Shown one piece after another: positions 28,950-37,919 of a stretch of DNA of 59,088 bases. Both the position numbers and the translations under genes were made by a program. How positions within the stretch are numbered: the first letter of the stretch is position 1; every line of letters starts with the position of its first letter. The notes beneath the pieces were generated by a model. The model saw only the letters and a list, made by a program, of their open reading frames with translations. It was not told the DNA's origin and searched no databases. The stretch is from a virus (lineage: Duplodnaviria; Caudoviricetes): positions 1 through 59,088 of IMG/VR virus record IMGVR_UViG_3300035388_000078, one strand, 5' to 3'.

Positions 28950-30896
28950 TTAAGCCGGTACCCCGGCAGTATCTTTTTCGGCAGCAGCTCCGACAGCCCC
29001 CGCCTCCATTTCTTGTTTCTCTACTTCCTGAAGGTCTGACTGTTTCTGCATAAGATATTGTTTCAAATGCTCGGCCCCTTCTTGGGAAAGACCGGCATCA
29101 ATTAATACTTGCATGGCAGGTCCGAGCTGATCTTCTCCAACTCTTTCCAGGATATCTTTCCAATTTTTGACATTCAGACCTTCAAGTATGGCTCTGCGGT
29201 CAATGACCTGGTGGTCATACAACCATTTTAACTGATCCTCTTCCTGGAGACTTGTCCGGGCAACTGTGGACCCGGATTCCACGACATAATTGTATCTCCG
29301 CCCACAAAGACTAACGCCCTGGAAGTCAACCCGGGTTCCCTTCACTTCAACCGATTCCATATTAACGCCAAAATTCTGGAAGAAGGAAATAGCCCACATG
29401 CCCCGTTGCATTGCGATCTGATCAACACTCCTGATCTTATGCTGAATCAAGACTGAATTGCGCTCTTGCAAGGCCACAATAGCCGAAGCCGCCGTCACGC
29501 CGGTTGGCTGAACGCCCCGGTCTGCATCCTCTATCTGATGTATTCGATCATGCAAACCGATTAAAATATCCAGTATCTTGAAAAAGTCATGTGGCAAATT
29601 AGGTACCTGGATAAACCGGATATCTGCATTGGGTCTGGTGGGCATCAAGACTAAATTGGGTTTATTGTTAATCATAGATCTAGTAATTCCGCATCCGGCC
29701 TCTACAATCAAAGGAGGGAACATAACCCGCATGATATAGGATGTCATTTTTGAGACAATTTCATCCACCTTTTTAATAATGTCCCCGGTCTGTTCCGCTG
29801 CCGAAAATCCCCATATGGACGTGGTATCTTCATATGAGTTAGCCCAGAAGAATGGAACTTTCCCCCAGGCATGGGTTTTATTGGTCTGTTCCGTAGGGAG
29901 ATTCCAGTTAATATTAGGATTTTCCATATCGTTGAGATAATGATTCCCACGATTGCAAACAGTAACAACCCGGATACCATCAGGGTACCGTCTCTGTCTG
30001 ACAACTTCCGTAACCAACTTCCCTTTTTTGTCCAAAATTGGTTCCCCGGTTGCATCATCCAAAACAGGAACATCTGTTTCAATAAAGCTATTATCCTTGA
30101 ACCACATTTCAATAAGCAGGCATTGACCACGACCACCTGAAATCCCCAGGGAATTGGCCCCTGACTGTCCATGGGCTCCACCAACACTTGACCCAGATGA
30201 CTGATACCCGGAAATTGTAGCATTCGGGCGGACAAGCTCCCGTTCCTCAGTGCCCAAAAGGTCCTCAACATTCTCAGCGACAATGGAATTCTTATCCATT
30301 TCGTAAAGCTGTTCTGCTCTTTCCACATCCATGGCGATGGCATGACAGCAATAAGGCATTTCTTGAGCATTCTCAAAATATCCCGGAGCCGGAAAAAAGG
30401 AATATCCGTCAACCAGCAAAGAATCAGGATGTCGATTCGCTCCCCGATTCCAAAAGAATTTCTCTGTTGTAATTCCTTGGATCTCATTTTGGATACTGGT
30501 CCTGGCCAACTTCCCTTGTTGGTTTGTGCTATGCCACCATTTTTTCAAATGGGCGCTTAGAACTTGGTCAGAATGATCTTGGCTGCCGTCCAGGTCAACG
30601 ACACTAATCATAGGATTCTTGGCTGTAATATTGGCAACGGTCCGACTGACATTCGCAAAGAACAAGTTGATAGATAAAGCGTTTTTCTTTTTATTCTTTA
30701 ATGCGCCCCAATGATTCCCACGAAACAGCCGATACGTACTTTTCCACCTGGCCCTAAGACCAAGTTTCTCCTTTTCGTTCCATGAGGCTTCAAAATGTCT
30801 CCACACCCATTGACCTATGTCTGGGTGACCTTCGGGTGGAGGATTATATAAATTATATTCTGATATGTCGGACCAATTTTTGGATTTATCAGTCAT
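28950..30896 (-). CDS. Portal protein
   Basis: 648 aa after the terminase; INLFFAN...NP, WGFS, G..P.GVTAASAI..LQE motifs. Confidence 0.85.
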   Translation of the reverse strand: MTDKSKNWSDISEYNLYNPPPEGHPDIGQWVWRHFEASWNEKEKLGLRARWKSTYRLFRGNHWGALKNKKKNALSINLFFANVSRTVANITAKNPMISVVDLDGSQDHSDQVLSAHLKKWWHSTNQQGKLARTSIQNEIQGITTEKFFWNRGANRHPDSLLVDGYSFFPAPGYFENAQEMPYCCHAIAMDVERAEQLYEMDKNSIVAENVEDLLGTEERELVRPNATISGYQSSGSSVGGAHGQSGANSLGISGGRGQCLLIEMWFKDNSFIETDVPVLDDATGEPILDKKGKLVTEVVRQRRYPDGIRVVTVCNRGNHYLNDMENPNINWNLPTEQTNKTHAWGKVPFFWANSYEDTTSIWGFSAAEQTGDIIKKVDEIVSKMTSYIMRVMFPPLIVEAGCGITRSMINNKPNLVLMPTRPNADIRFIQVPNLPHDFFKILDILIGLHDRIHQIEDADRGVQPTGVTAASAIVALQERNSVLIQHKIRSVDQIAMQRGMWAISFFQNFGVNMESVEVKGTRVDFQGVSLCGRRYNYVVESGSTVARTSLQEEDQLKWLYDHQVIDRRAILEGLNVKNWKDILERVGEDQLGPAMQVLIDAGLSQEGAEHLKQYLMQKQSDLQEVEKQEMEAGAVGAAAEKDTAGVPA

Positions 30897-31165
30897 TATA
30901 CTTCCACCCTGTCAACAATCAATCGTCCATCAGGTGCCAGCATATGACTACAACCAGGACAAATCATATCGCCGTATCCATTGGTTTCATCCTGGAGGCC
31001 ATCACTCCAACCCCACCCTTTCCACGGTTCCATGATCTCAATCATGCCCGCATGAGGCATAACTTTTTCTCGGTTGACTGTGGCACGGTAAGATTTGGTC
31101 ACTCGGAAGTAATGCTCCCCACAATTTGGACACTTAACGTGCCGTTCTATTTTCTTTTTAGCCAT
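30896..31165 (-). CDS. Small zinc-finger protein
   Basis: CPNC...CPGC; coupled to the portal gene. Confidence 0.6.
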   Translation of the reverse strand: MAKKKIERHVKCPNCGEHYFRVTKSYRATVNREKVMPHAGMIEIMEPWKGWGWSDGLQDETNGYGDMICPGCSHMLAPDGRLIVDRVEV

Positions 31166-31665
31166 CAGGCATCAGCCTTTTTCTTTATGGCCATTGCTGA
31201 CGCCTGTTCTGCGAGAGAAGAACTTATTTGCTCCAAAAAATCATTATTTGCCGCAAACGTGGGACCAGATTTATTTCCATCTGTTCCCGGTACCCCAAAC
31301 GCCATTGTATTTACAGCCGGGTCTTCAAGGTCACCTGCAGGATCATCCAGATTAAAAGACTGCCCTTTTTCAAATCCGGTCCGCAGGAATGGATCATATG
31401 GATCACGCTTTGTGTGATAGACCAAATATCCACCCAACAGAACACCGGATAAGGTAAAGAGCCATCCCAGCACGAGTAAGGAGAGAACGAAAACCCCGAA
31501 CAGGAATGGCCCTTGAAGTACTGTGCCCCCTGATTGGACAGGTCCGCTTATAACTTTAACAGACAGCCCTATCAGCCCCATAAATAGGCACAGCACCAAA
31601 ATCGAACAGATTGCAATTGACACATTTTTCAAAATCTTCAACCAATTTATTCCCTTAAAATTCAT
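31165..31665 (-). CDS. Membrane protein with two TM helices
   Basis: Two long hydrophobic segments; AGGAG RBS. Confidence 0.65.
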   Translation of the reverse strand: MNFKGINWLKILKNVSIAICSILVLCLFMGLIGLSVKVISGPVQSGGTVLQGPFLFGVFVLSLLVLGWLFTLSGVLLGGYLVYHTKRDPYDPFLRTGFEKGQSFNLDDPAGDLEDPAVNTMAFGVPGTDGNKSGPTFAANNDFLEQISSSLAEQASAMAIKKKADA

Positions 31666-31675
31666 ACTCTCTCCT

Positions 31676-32398
31676 TTAATCCTCTAAATTAAACGCCTGA
31701 CCAGCTTTTGTGGTTTCCAGCCATGGACGTTGTGTTAATATTGTGTGCATCATTCCGCCCAAGAGCCCAACCATGGGGAAATCATCATATTTTCCATTCT
31801 CGGCGTCTGATTGCCTGATTGCCTGAGCATATGTGGAAATATTCTGATGCCCATTTAAATCAAGCCAGGCAGGGTTTCTAAGCTGTAGATTTCTTGATCT
31901 GAACAATTGCCGAATATATAGGGGGAACGAATGTTTTTCACCGAAATCAACCGGGGGTTTAATATAAAGTCCCTGGCCTTCACCGTGTTTTTCTTCCAGC
32001 TTCACACTGGTCCGGGAAACCAGGGGCTGAAATTTGTCCGGATCTCCAATCCACATTGGTAGAATCCTGGCATCCTTGCCAAATCCATATATCATCCGTA
32101 GTTGCAGCAGAGTTTGAAATAGGGCGAACACTTCCGATTCTTCTGCTGCCTCAAGAACTTTAAAAATTGGCAGGCCTTTGGATAGTACAATCCCGATAAC
32201 GATGACAACACCAGGTGCAGACACCGAAGGATAGGCAATACCCCCGACGATGTCGCAATACCTTTCCGCCGCTTCCATATCCCAGAACACCGGATTTCTC
32301 AGCATAGTATCCTGACCGTAAATTACCGCGAAATCTTCCCGGGCCTGCCTTGTATTGGCCATGTGTTTGGCCTGTTCCACCTTGATGATACATTTCAT
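31676..32398 (-). CDS. Terminase-adjacent hypothetical protein (possible RNase H-like fold)
   Basis: Coupled to TerL; IVGGIAYP..PGVVIVIGI strand pattern. Confidence 0.55.
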   Translation of the reverse strand: MKCIIKVEQAKHMANTRQAREDFAVIYGQDTMLRNPVFWDMEAAERYCDIVGGIAYPSVSAPGVVIVIGIVLSKGLPIFKVLEAAEESEVFALFQTLLQLRMIYGFGKDARILPMWIGDPDKFQPLVSRTSVKLEEKHGEGQGLYIKPPVDFGEKHSFPLYIRQLFRSRNLQLRNPAWLDLNGHQNISTYAQAIRQSDAENGKYDDFPMVGLLGGMMHTILTQRPWLETTKAGQAFNLED

Positions 32399-34014
32399 CA
32401 GAACAGCCCCCCGAAAAAGCCAACGGGTGCAAATGTGGTGATAACAGCTTCTAATTCATCAGGGGATTGTTGCAAAATCTTTTTCATATCCGGTTTCCGC
32501 ATTATCCGAACCTTGCCATCATCAGTACAATAAGTTGGCGCCAACGATTGCTTGATCAAATCCTTATCAGGAGGGAGCATGGCCGTATCATCAGTCCTCA
32601 ACCATTCTCGGTATGCCCAATAAAGCTGGTCCCTCAAGATACCAAAGTCCCCAAGGTCTGTTGTCTCCGTCGCAGTACGAGCAACCTTGATGGAATGGGC
32701 AGCAACTCTTGAATCCTGATCTTTCATGCCCTGGGCAACACCTGAACCAACACCGGTACCATCCACGTTGGCATATTGGATATCACCACATTTCAAATAA
32801 TAAGCGGCACCTATTCTGGCTGTAACGGTAGTATCCACACCTTCCCATTTTTTCAAAGGAGGAATAAACCCGCCATACCGCCTTGCTGCAACATTTTTAT
32901 CCAACCCTTGTTCAGCAACATCAATGCCCATGATACCCATGGTCCCGGTCGGGGGTTTTTCCCCATGGACAGCAACATATTGATCATATCGAAACCTGGC
33001 CCGGTTCACCCATTCCTCAGATATCAGCTGTGATTCTGATTGTGCAGGGTACCGGCCAAGGACCATATAAGAGAAAGCAGGCTGAATTATTTTATAAATA
33101 CCGGCCTGCAATGGTTGATATGGTGAATTATCGCTGGTCCTGCAAGCAATGGCACCCACCAGGAAATCAGGAAGAGTAAAACAGGAATATTCTGAATAAG
33201 TTTCATCATCCATTAACGGCCGGCACCATTCATTGATTCTCCTGACCGTCACCTCCCTGGACACCGCACCTTTGATAACAGCCTCACCCGAAATAACATT
33301 AGGATGAGTGAAAGCAGTTAGGGGAACAACATTGGCCGTTTTGTCACTTTCCATTCTGTGTGGGGTTCCGGCTGCTGCCCTGGGGTTGAACATAATCAAT
33401 AATCTGACATGGCCACCCGTCATACATGATTCGGTACCGGCATAAACCTCATCAGGAATTGCGTCACCCTCGTCAAAGATAAAGAGCATGTACGGTGCAT
33501 GTTTCCCGGAGAACTTGGCCTCACGTTCTTTAGATGTCCCGGACGATGGGATAGCAACACCCTTGATGAACTCAAGAGGATTGCGCTTGATGGAAAGATT
33601 TTTACAGGTATCCCCAGCAAAGATCCCCGGGAATTTAGCGGTCAAGCTGCCGATCTCTCCCCAAAGAAGTGTTTCAAGGTTGTCTTTGGGTGGGGCGGCT
33701 GCCGTATATACCTGGGCCCCTGGATGACACTTATAAAACCATGTCGCAACCCGGGCGGCTGCATGAGTTTTTCCCGTGGCATTAGCAGACTTGGCAATGG
33801 TGATGACATTATCCCGAACTGACTCCATCATAACCTTGACATCATTGGTGTATGACTCTTCAAAGGTGTTTTCACAAAACCCAATCGGATCAGCCTGATA
33901 TCCCAACATTTCATTGTTTACCCGGGGATCCTGCAAACTGGAAAGAATCATATCAGGGGAGAAGGATGATAAGATGGAATCAACAATACTGTTATTTTGA
34001 ACAGTATCAAGCAT
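32398..34014 (-). CDS. terL: Terminase large subunit
   Basis: Walker A SANATGKT, Walker B FIFDE, nuclease MGIDVA, VDGTGVG, SPDELEA. Confidence 0.92.
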   Translation of the reverse strand: MLDTVQNNSIVDSILSSFSPDMILSSLQDPRVNNEMLGYQADPIGFCENTFEESYTNDVKVMMESVRDNVITIAKSANATGKTHAAARVATWFYKCHPGAQVYTAAAPPKDNLETLLWGEIGSLTAKFPGIFAGDTCKNLSIKRNPLEFIKGVAIPSSGTSKEREAKFSGKHAPYMLFIFDEGDAIPDEVYAGTESCMTGGHVRLLIMFNPRAAAGTPHRMESDKTANVVPLTAFTHPNVISGEAVIKGAVSREVTVRRINEWCRPLMDDETYSEYSCFTLPDFLVGAIACRTSDNSPYQPLQAGIYKIIQPAFSYMVLGRYPAQSESQLISEEWVNRARFRYDQYVAVHGEKPPTGTMGIMGIDVAEQGLDKNVAARRYGGFIPPLKKWEGVDTTVTARIGAAYYLKCGDIQYANVDGTGVGSGVAQGMKDQDSRVAAHSIKVARTATETTDLGDFGILRDQLYWAYREWLRTDDTAMLPPDKDLIKQSLAPTYCTDDGKVRIMRKPDMKKILQQSPDELEAVITTFAPVGFFGGLF

Positions 34015-34690
34015 CTTTACCCACCTTTTTAGCCATGGCCTTTTCTCTAATTACTTCCCTGACTTCCAATGGCAACATATTCAGGACCTCATTCAAGGCC
34101 ATCTGCTTACGAGTTGTCTCATCGGTGTCCGGATCATTGAGATTGTATGCCTCGCGTTCAAGCCCGATCCTTTGAGCACGGACACCGGCCAGGTTTTTAA
34201 GAGTCGTGGCCTTTTCAGAAACCGTAAGATTGCAATTAGTGGGCGTGACATTGCCCAGGTAAGACGAAAAATGTGTTTTCTGCGGAGTGTTTATCAATTC
34301 CTGAAGCAAAACGGCCTCATGCGCCAATAATTCATTTATTTCTTTACGATGTTTAATGACGATATTAGAACCGGCTTCGGCAGCGTTCTCTATAATATCG
34401 TTATCAGAAAAACCCGGTTGGTCACAACCTGTGACTGAGTTTGTGACCAATTTCTCTTTAACCCGGGCCAGAACCTTCTTAGCCAGGTTCCGCGTCCATT
34501 TCCCAGCCTTGGCTTTCTTTATAATTGCCGTGTGGTGAACAGTTTTTTTCCAAACCTGTGAATTGATGTGATCAGCTTCATACTGAGCACAAATATCATT
34601 GAGCGATAAAGAACCGGCACGATATAAAGGTTCAACGGAATCCCAATCAATAAATTTTCTTTTTGCTGTTGTTTTTTTCTTGACGGTCAA
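34007..34690 (-). CDS. terS: Terminase small subunit
   Basis: IDW..VE..YRAG..S...I...AK...W.R HTH pattern, overlapping terL. Confidence 0.75.
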   Translation of the reverse strand: MTVKKKTTAKRKFIDWDSVEPLYRAGSLSLNDICAQYEADHINSQVWKKTVHHTAIIKKAKAGKWTRNLAKKVLARVKEKLVTNSVTGCDQPGFSDNDIIENAAEAGSNIVIKHRKEINELLAHEAVLLQELINTPQKTHFSSYLGNVTPTNCNLTVSEKATTLKNLAGVRAQRIGLEREAYNLNDPDTDETTRKQMALNEVLNMLPLEVREVIREKAMAKKVGKDA

Positions 34691-34780
34691 AACAATTATT
34701 CCTTTATGGGTTCCCTTTTAGAATAGAAATCCCATAAAAAAACAATTTAATCAAATTAGGATTTAAAAATATCTCTCATA

Positions 34781-34942
34781 TCAACCTTTTTTATCTGATT
34801 TTTTAAAAAGTTTCTTAATCAACACACAACCCTGAAGCAGGCCAACCCCAATTGAAACAAAAACTAAAATTGTAGCCGGGTCAGGAAGATAAGCTATAAT
34901 CAGACCGACCGCCGAAACAAACCAACCACTATTTTCATTCAT
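34781..34942 (-). CDS. Putative holin (53 aa, not in ORF track)
   Basis: ATGA overlap with the endolysin stop; MNENSGWFVSAVGLIIAYLPDPATILVFVSIGVGLLQGCVLIKKLFKKSDKKG has two hydrophobic segments and a basic tail. Confidence 0.6.
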   Translation of the reverse strand: MNENSGWFVSAVGLIIAYLPDPATILVFVSIGVGLLQGCVLIKKLFKKSDKKG

Positions 34943-35379
34943 GATCGTTTATCCCATCTGGCTTTCCCTGGCCTTACGTCAAGGTGTGTAAAATCGTCAT
35001 AACGACCTATACCATACGAATCAGGGTATTCACTCTCAAGATAGTCTGCAACCTCATCAGGGGGCACCTGGACCCATATACATTTCCTTTGCACATATCT
35101 TTCCACGATGAAATCATCTGCTTTACCGGTCATATGCCAGGAATGAGAAGAGAATGGGATATAATCCGGGTTGTTCTCATGCTGAACTTTTTCATTATAT
35201 GCCCGGCATCTGCAACCACTGGTAGGTGTTACCCTCGCCCTGCTATATTTCTCAGTAAAATGAGCCCTCATGTCCTCCTGGACCCGTATAAGCTCCCCAT
35301 CAACGGTATCTTGTCCACAACCACACCGGCAAGCAAACTCTGATCTCCAAAAATGTTTTGATAATTGTCCTTGTTTCAT
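34939..35379 (-). CDS. Peptidase M15A-type endolysin
   Basis: HF..SEFAC.CGCG, SGCRC, S.H..GKA.D, GIG.Y..F.HLDVR motifs. Confidence 0.88.
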   Translation of the reverse strand: MKQGQLSKHFWRSEFACRCGCGQDTVDGELIRVQEDMRAHFTEKYSRARVTPTSGCRCRAYNEKVQHENNPDYIPFSSHSWHMTGKADDFIVERYVQRKCIWVQVPPDEVADYLESEYPDSYGIGRYDDFTHLDVRPGKARWDKRS

Positions 35380-35419
35380 AAAAAAAGCCTTCCCTTTTTG
35401 GTTTCCATATGGGAAGGCT
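35380..35419 (-). terminator. Intrinsic terminator overlapping the endolysin RBS
   Basis: AGCCTTCCC-16 nt-GGGAAGGCT, then a T-run directly before the ATG. Confidence 0.6.
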
Positions 35420-35454
35420 ATAATAAAATCTTATAATTTTAACAAGTTTTTATG

Positions 35455-35652
35455 TTATTTTTCCATCTGATCCTTATACAAATTCAATGCAGCCTCTACG
35501 ATATCTACCTGTTTCTTTTTCTTTTTTTCTGAATAATTTAGCAACCAATCCTTTAATTCCGGATCTATTCTAACATTGAGAACTTTTTTTGGGTTTGGTT
35601 TCCGGTACCCCGTTTTTCTACCTGCCCCTTCTCTTTTGCCGCCTATTGCCAT
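35455..35652 (-). CDS. Ribbon-helix-helix DNA-binding protein (Aca-like position)
   Basis: GGKREGAGRK motif, then LNVRIDPELKDWL...DIVEAAL. Confidence 0.75.
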   Translation of the reverse strand: MAIGGKREGAGRKTGYRKPNPKKVLNVRIDPELKDWLLNYSEKKKKKQVDIVEAALNLYKDQMEK

Positions 35653-35835
35653 CTATTCCCCTTCCATCATTAATTCATCAAATCCAGCGGCACAAATGCC
35701 TGTCAACTGATAAAAAAGTTTGTATGTTTGGTAATATGTCCAACCACATCGGTATTGTAATTGCTCTGCAATCTTAACGGCCATCTTTGCATCCTGTTTT
35801 GCTACGGCTATATTAACGGCTTCATAGATTTTCAT
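35653..35835 (-). CDS. Small hypothetical protein
   Basis: 60-aa ORF from MKIYE with GGGG RBS, abutting the RHH gene. Confidence 0.55.
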   Translation of the reverse strand: MKIYEAVNIAVAKQDAKMAVKIAEQLQYRCGWTYYQTYKLFYQLTGICAAGFDELMMEGE

Positions 35836-35848
35836 ATCATATTCCCCG

Positions 35849-36016
35849 TTAAAAAGTAAATGCAATCAGTGTCACAACAGTACCGGCCAAAATCCCAGCA
35901 ATGAGGGCTAAGGCCATTTCCATGGCGTTTGCAACATCATTTTTTACGGCATCCTCTTTCTTTTTGTTTTCTTCCCGGTATTGATTCCAGTACCCGCTTG
36001 ATATACTCTTGTCCAT
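35849..36016 (-). CDS. Small membrane protein (55 aa, not in ORF track)
   Basis: AAGGA RBS; C-terminal [21 protein letters not shown] helix. Confidence 0.55.
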   Translation of the reverse strand: MDKSISSGYWNQYREENKKKEDAVKNDVANAMEMALALIAGILAGTVVTLIAFTF

Positions 36017-36104
36017 GGTAAATTCCTTTCTCAGCTTTGGGGGTTTATTGTGTTGCCCTGGGGGAAGGTTGCCGCCTCCCCCTGGGGCTTTTCATTTCCT
36101 GGAG

Positions 36105-36545
36105 TTAAACGTCATATCCCCATGTTTGATCGATGATGATGTAGTTTTTACGGCGGTTGACATAGGCATGGTCTTTGAAAAACCTGCCCACGCCGCCAGA
36201 ATGTGTCCCTATGTTTAATTTATCAAGGATTTCATCATTGGTCAGGTGGGAGAGCCCTTCTGATTTGTATATCCAATAATTAACCCCACCATCCATGTCA
36301 TCTTTGCTGTAATGCCGGGTGTGGGTCTTGACCAGGACCGGGGCTTTGATTTTAAAGGCATCGTTAAGGGCCGAGATTAACCATGGGTCAGTGGGGGCCT
36401 CACCTTCAAAATCCCGGAAGGAATCATACATAGAACAGTTATATTCTTCGGAATATCGATTTATTTCTTCTATGGCTGCATCAAAAATGCTTTGCCGGGG
36501 GAAATTTTTTAAAGCTGCTCTTGCTTGTGCGATACGTTCTTCCAT
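36105..36545 (-). CDS. Hypothetical protein (candidate anti-defence)
   Basis: GGAGG RBS; part of the small-gene operon. Confidence 0.65.
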   Translation of the reverse strand: MEERIAQARAALKNFPRQSIFDAAIEEINRYSEEYNCSMYDSFRDFEGEAPTDPWLISALNDAFKIKAPVLVKTHTRHYSKDDMDGGVNYWIYKSEGLSHLTNDEILDKLNIGTHSGGVGRFFKDHAYVNRRKNYIIIDQTWGYDV

Positions 36546-36594
36546 TGTTAAGCCTCCATTTCTTTAATGATTTCTTTGATAAGATCAGTCATTT

Positions 36595-36918
36595 TTAATA
36601 TTCATCCCCCTCAATCGTTCCCCTTGCGATTACTTCACCCTCGTCATCATATGCGACAGAGGTCCAGCAATTGGCATCTTCCCGGGTGGTGACAACCTCG
36701 AACACATCCCAATTTTCCTCTTCCAAAAGGGTTTCAATCCATTCTTCAATAGTGGTTATGGCGGCGTCATCATCATCTTCCGTTATCCATTTTTCAGTGT
36801 AAGTGTCTCCGTATTCTAATTCCAGTTCACATTCATAATTGACGGTCTTGACAGTGATATCCATGTTGATTTCCTCCATTGAGACTGCTGCTGCTTCGAT
36901 CATTTCTGTTACTGTCAT
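36595..36918 (-). CDS. Highly acidic small protein (candidate DNA mimic or anti-CRISPR)
   Basis: About 33 Asp/Glu versus 4 Lys/Arg in 107 aa (hand count); AGGAG RBS. Confidence 0.65.
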   Translation of the reverse strand: MTVTEMIEAAAVSMEEINMDITVKTVNYECELELEYGDTYTEKWITEDDDDAAITTIEEWIETLLEEENWDVFEVVTTREDANCWTSVAYDDEGEVIARGTIEGDEY

Positions 36919-36922
36919 TTTC

Positions 36923-37501
36923 TTAGACTCCTAAGCTATTGATTAAATATTTTCTGGTATAAATTCTTGCCTTGTGTTCATTTCGGGGAAGATCTGCCAT
37001 TGCTTCTTGGGCATCTTCTTTATATTCCCATCCGGATTGAACACGACCATTCTGGACAACAAAATGGGTGTAATGCTCATTGTCATAAACCAGGGAATGA
37101 TTGTCCTGGCGAATAGTGTCATTATTAACGTGGATGGAACTACAAGAAAAAACCGTTTTAGGATACTTGACCATAATCTTTTTTATCTGCTGGTGGGGGC
37201 TTACATCTGCATCAAACCATTCCTTGTAGCACATCATTTTCCCTGCTGGCAGCGTGATGGTATCCCCTTCCTTCAAAGTGGTTGTAACCTGGTATTTATC
37301 ATACAGGGCCGTGTGAAATTCATCTATGATACTTTCGGCGGTGTATCCACAAGAGTCCGGGGATACATATTCCTTAGTGTCGATCGGTTTATCATCCCAA
37401 GCCGTGTCCTCTCTCCATTTAATTGTTTCTGGATCAGCCTTCAATCCTTCGATTACCCACATTCTGCCGTCTTTGTTTTCTTTGAGCGTGTAATCTGTCA
37501 T
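36923..37501 (-). CDS. Hypothetical protein, first gene of the accessory operon
   Basis: AAGGAGG RBS directly downstream of a strong promoter. Confidence 0.7.
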   Translation of the reverse strand: MTDYTLKENKDGRMWVIEGLKADPETIKWREDTAWDDKPIDTKEYVSPDSCGYTAESIIDEFHTALYDKYQVTTTLKEGDTITLPAGKMMCYKEWFDADVSPHQQIKKIMVKYPKTVFSCSSIHVNNDTIRQDNHSLVYDNEHYTHFVVQNGRVQSGWEYKEDAQEAMADLPRNEHKARIYTRKYLINSLGV

Positions 37502-37538
37502 TTTTTTTAAGCCTCCTTGATTTTAGGTTTTTTCCTTT

Positions 37539-37578
37539 AGTATGAAGGCTTTCAGATTATATGTCAATACATTTAATC
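37539..37578 (-). promoter_or_regulatory. Sigma70 promoter with a palindromic operator over the -35
   Basis: TTGACA (37567-37562), 17 bp, CATACT (37544-37539); inverted repeat GATTATATGT-CAAT-ACATTTAATC at 37555-37578. Confidence 0.7.
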
Positions 37579-37614
37579 AATTTTATTTAAAACTCTTATC
37601 AATGAGGCTCTTGG

Positions 37615-37919
37615 TATATTAATTACTTGACTCTTGATCCGGTAAAAGTTGCCCACACTTAGAACACCTTTTGGGTTCCGGTGGTGGCTCTTTTCTTAGT
37701 TCTGATATGTAAACTTCTGGTACAGCCCCATTGTCTGACCGAACCGTAACAAAGGGGCTACCAAGCTCTTTTGGTTCAAATTCAGCATAACAATACCACC
37801 CAACCCTTTTCCTATCTGGATGCCAAAGAACATCCCCATAAAACACTGGAGTTCCACTATCCAAAGTAAATAAAAATTTTGCCATTTTAGTGTCCTTCAA
37901 AATCAACTTTATACATTAT
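37615..37919. repeat. 305-bp exact direct repeat, copy 1
   Basis: Identical by eye to 50252-50556. Confidence 0.95.
37619..37885 (-). CDS. 88-aa hypothetical protein with C-terminal CxxC (copy 1)
   Basis: AAGGA RBS before MAKFL; CSKCGQ. Confidence 0.7.
   Translation of the reverse strand: MAKFLFTLDSGTPVFYGDVLWHPDRKRVGWYCYAEFEPKELGSPFVTVRSDNGAVPEVYISELRKEPPPEPKRCSKCGQLLPDQESSN

Noticed and set aside
29744-30487. 247-aa alternate-frame ORF inside the portal gene
   Set aside because: No promoter or RBS noticed, no recognisable motifs, and the main frame is a constrained domain
37615-37919. IS or MITE, or DGR template/variable repeat pair
   Set aside because: No transposase or clear terminal inverted repeats; copies are identical with no adenine-specific differences; no reverse transcriptase in the window
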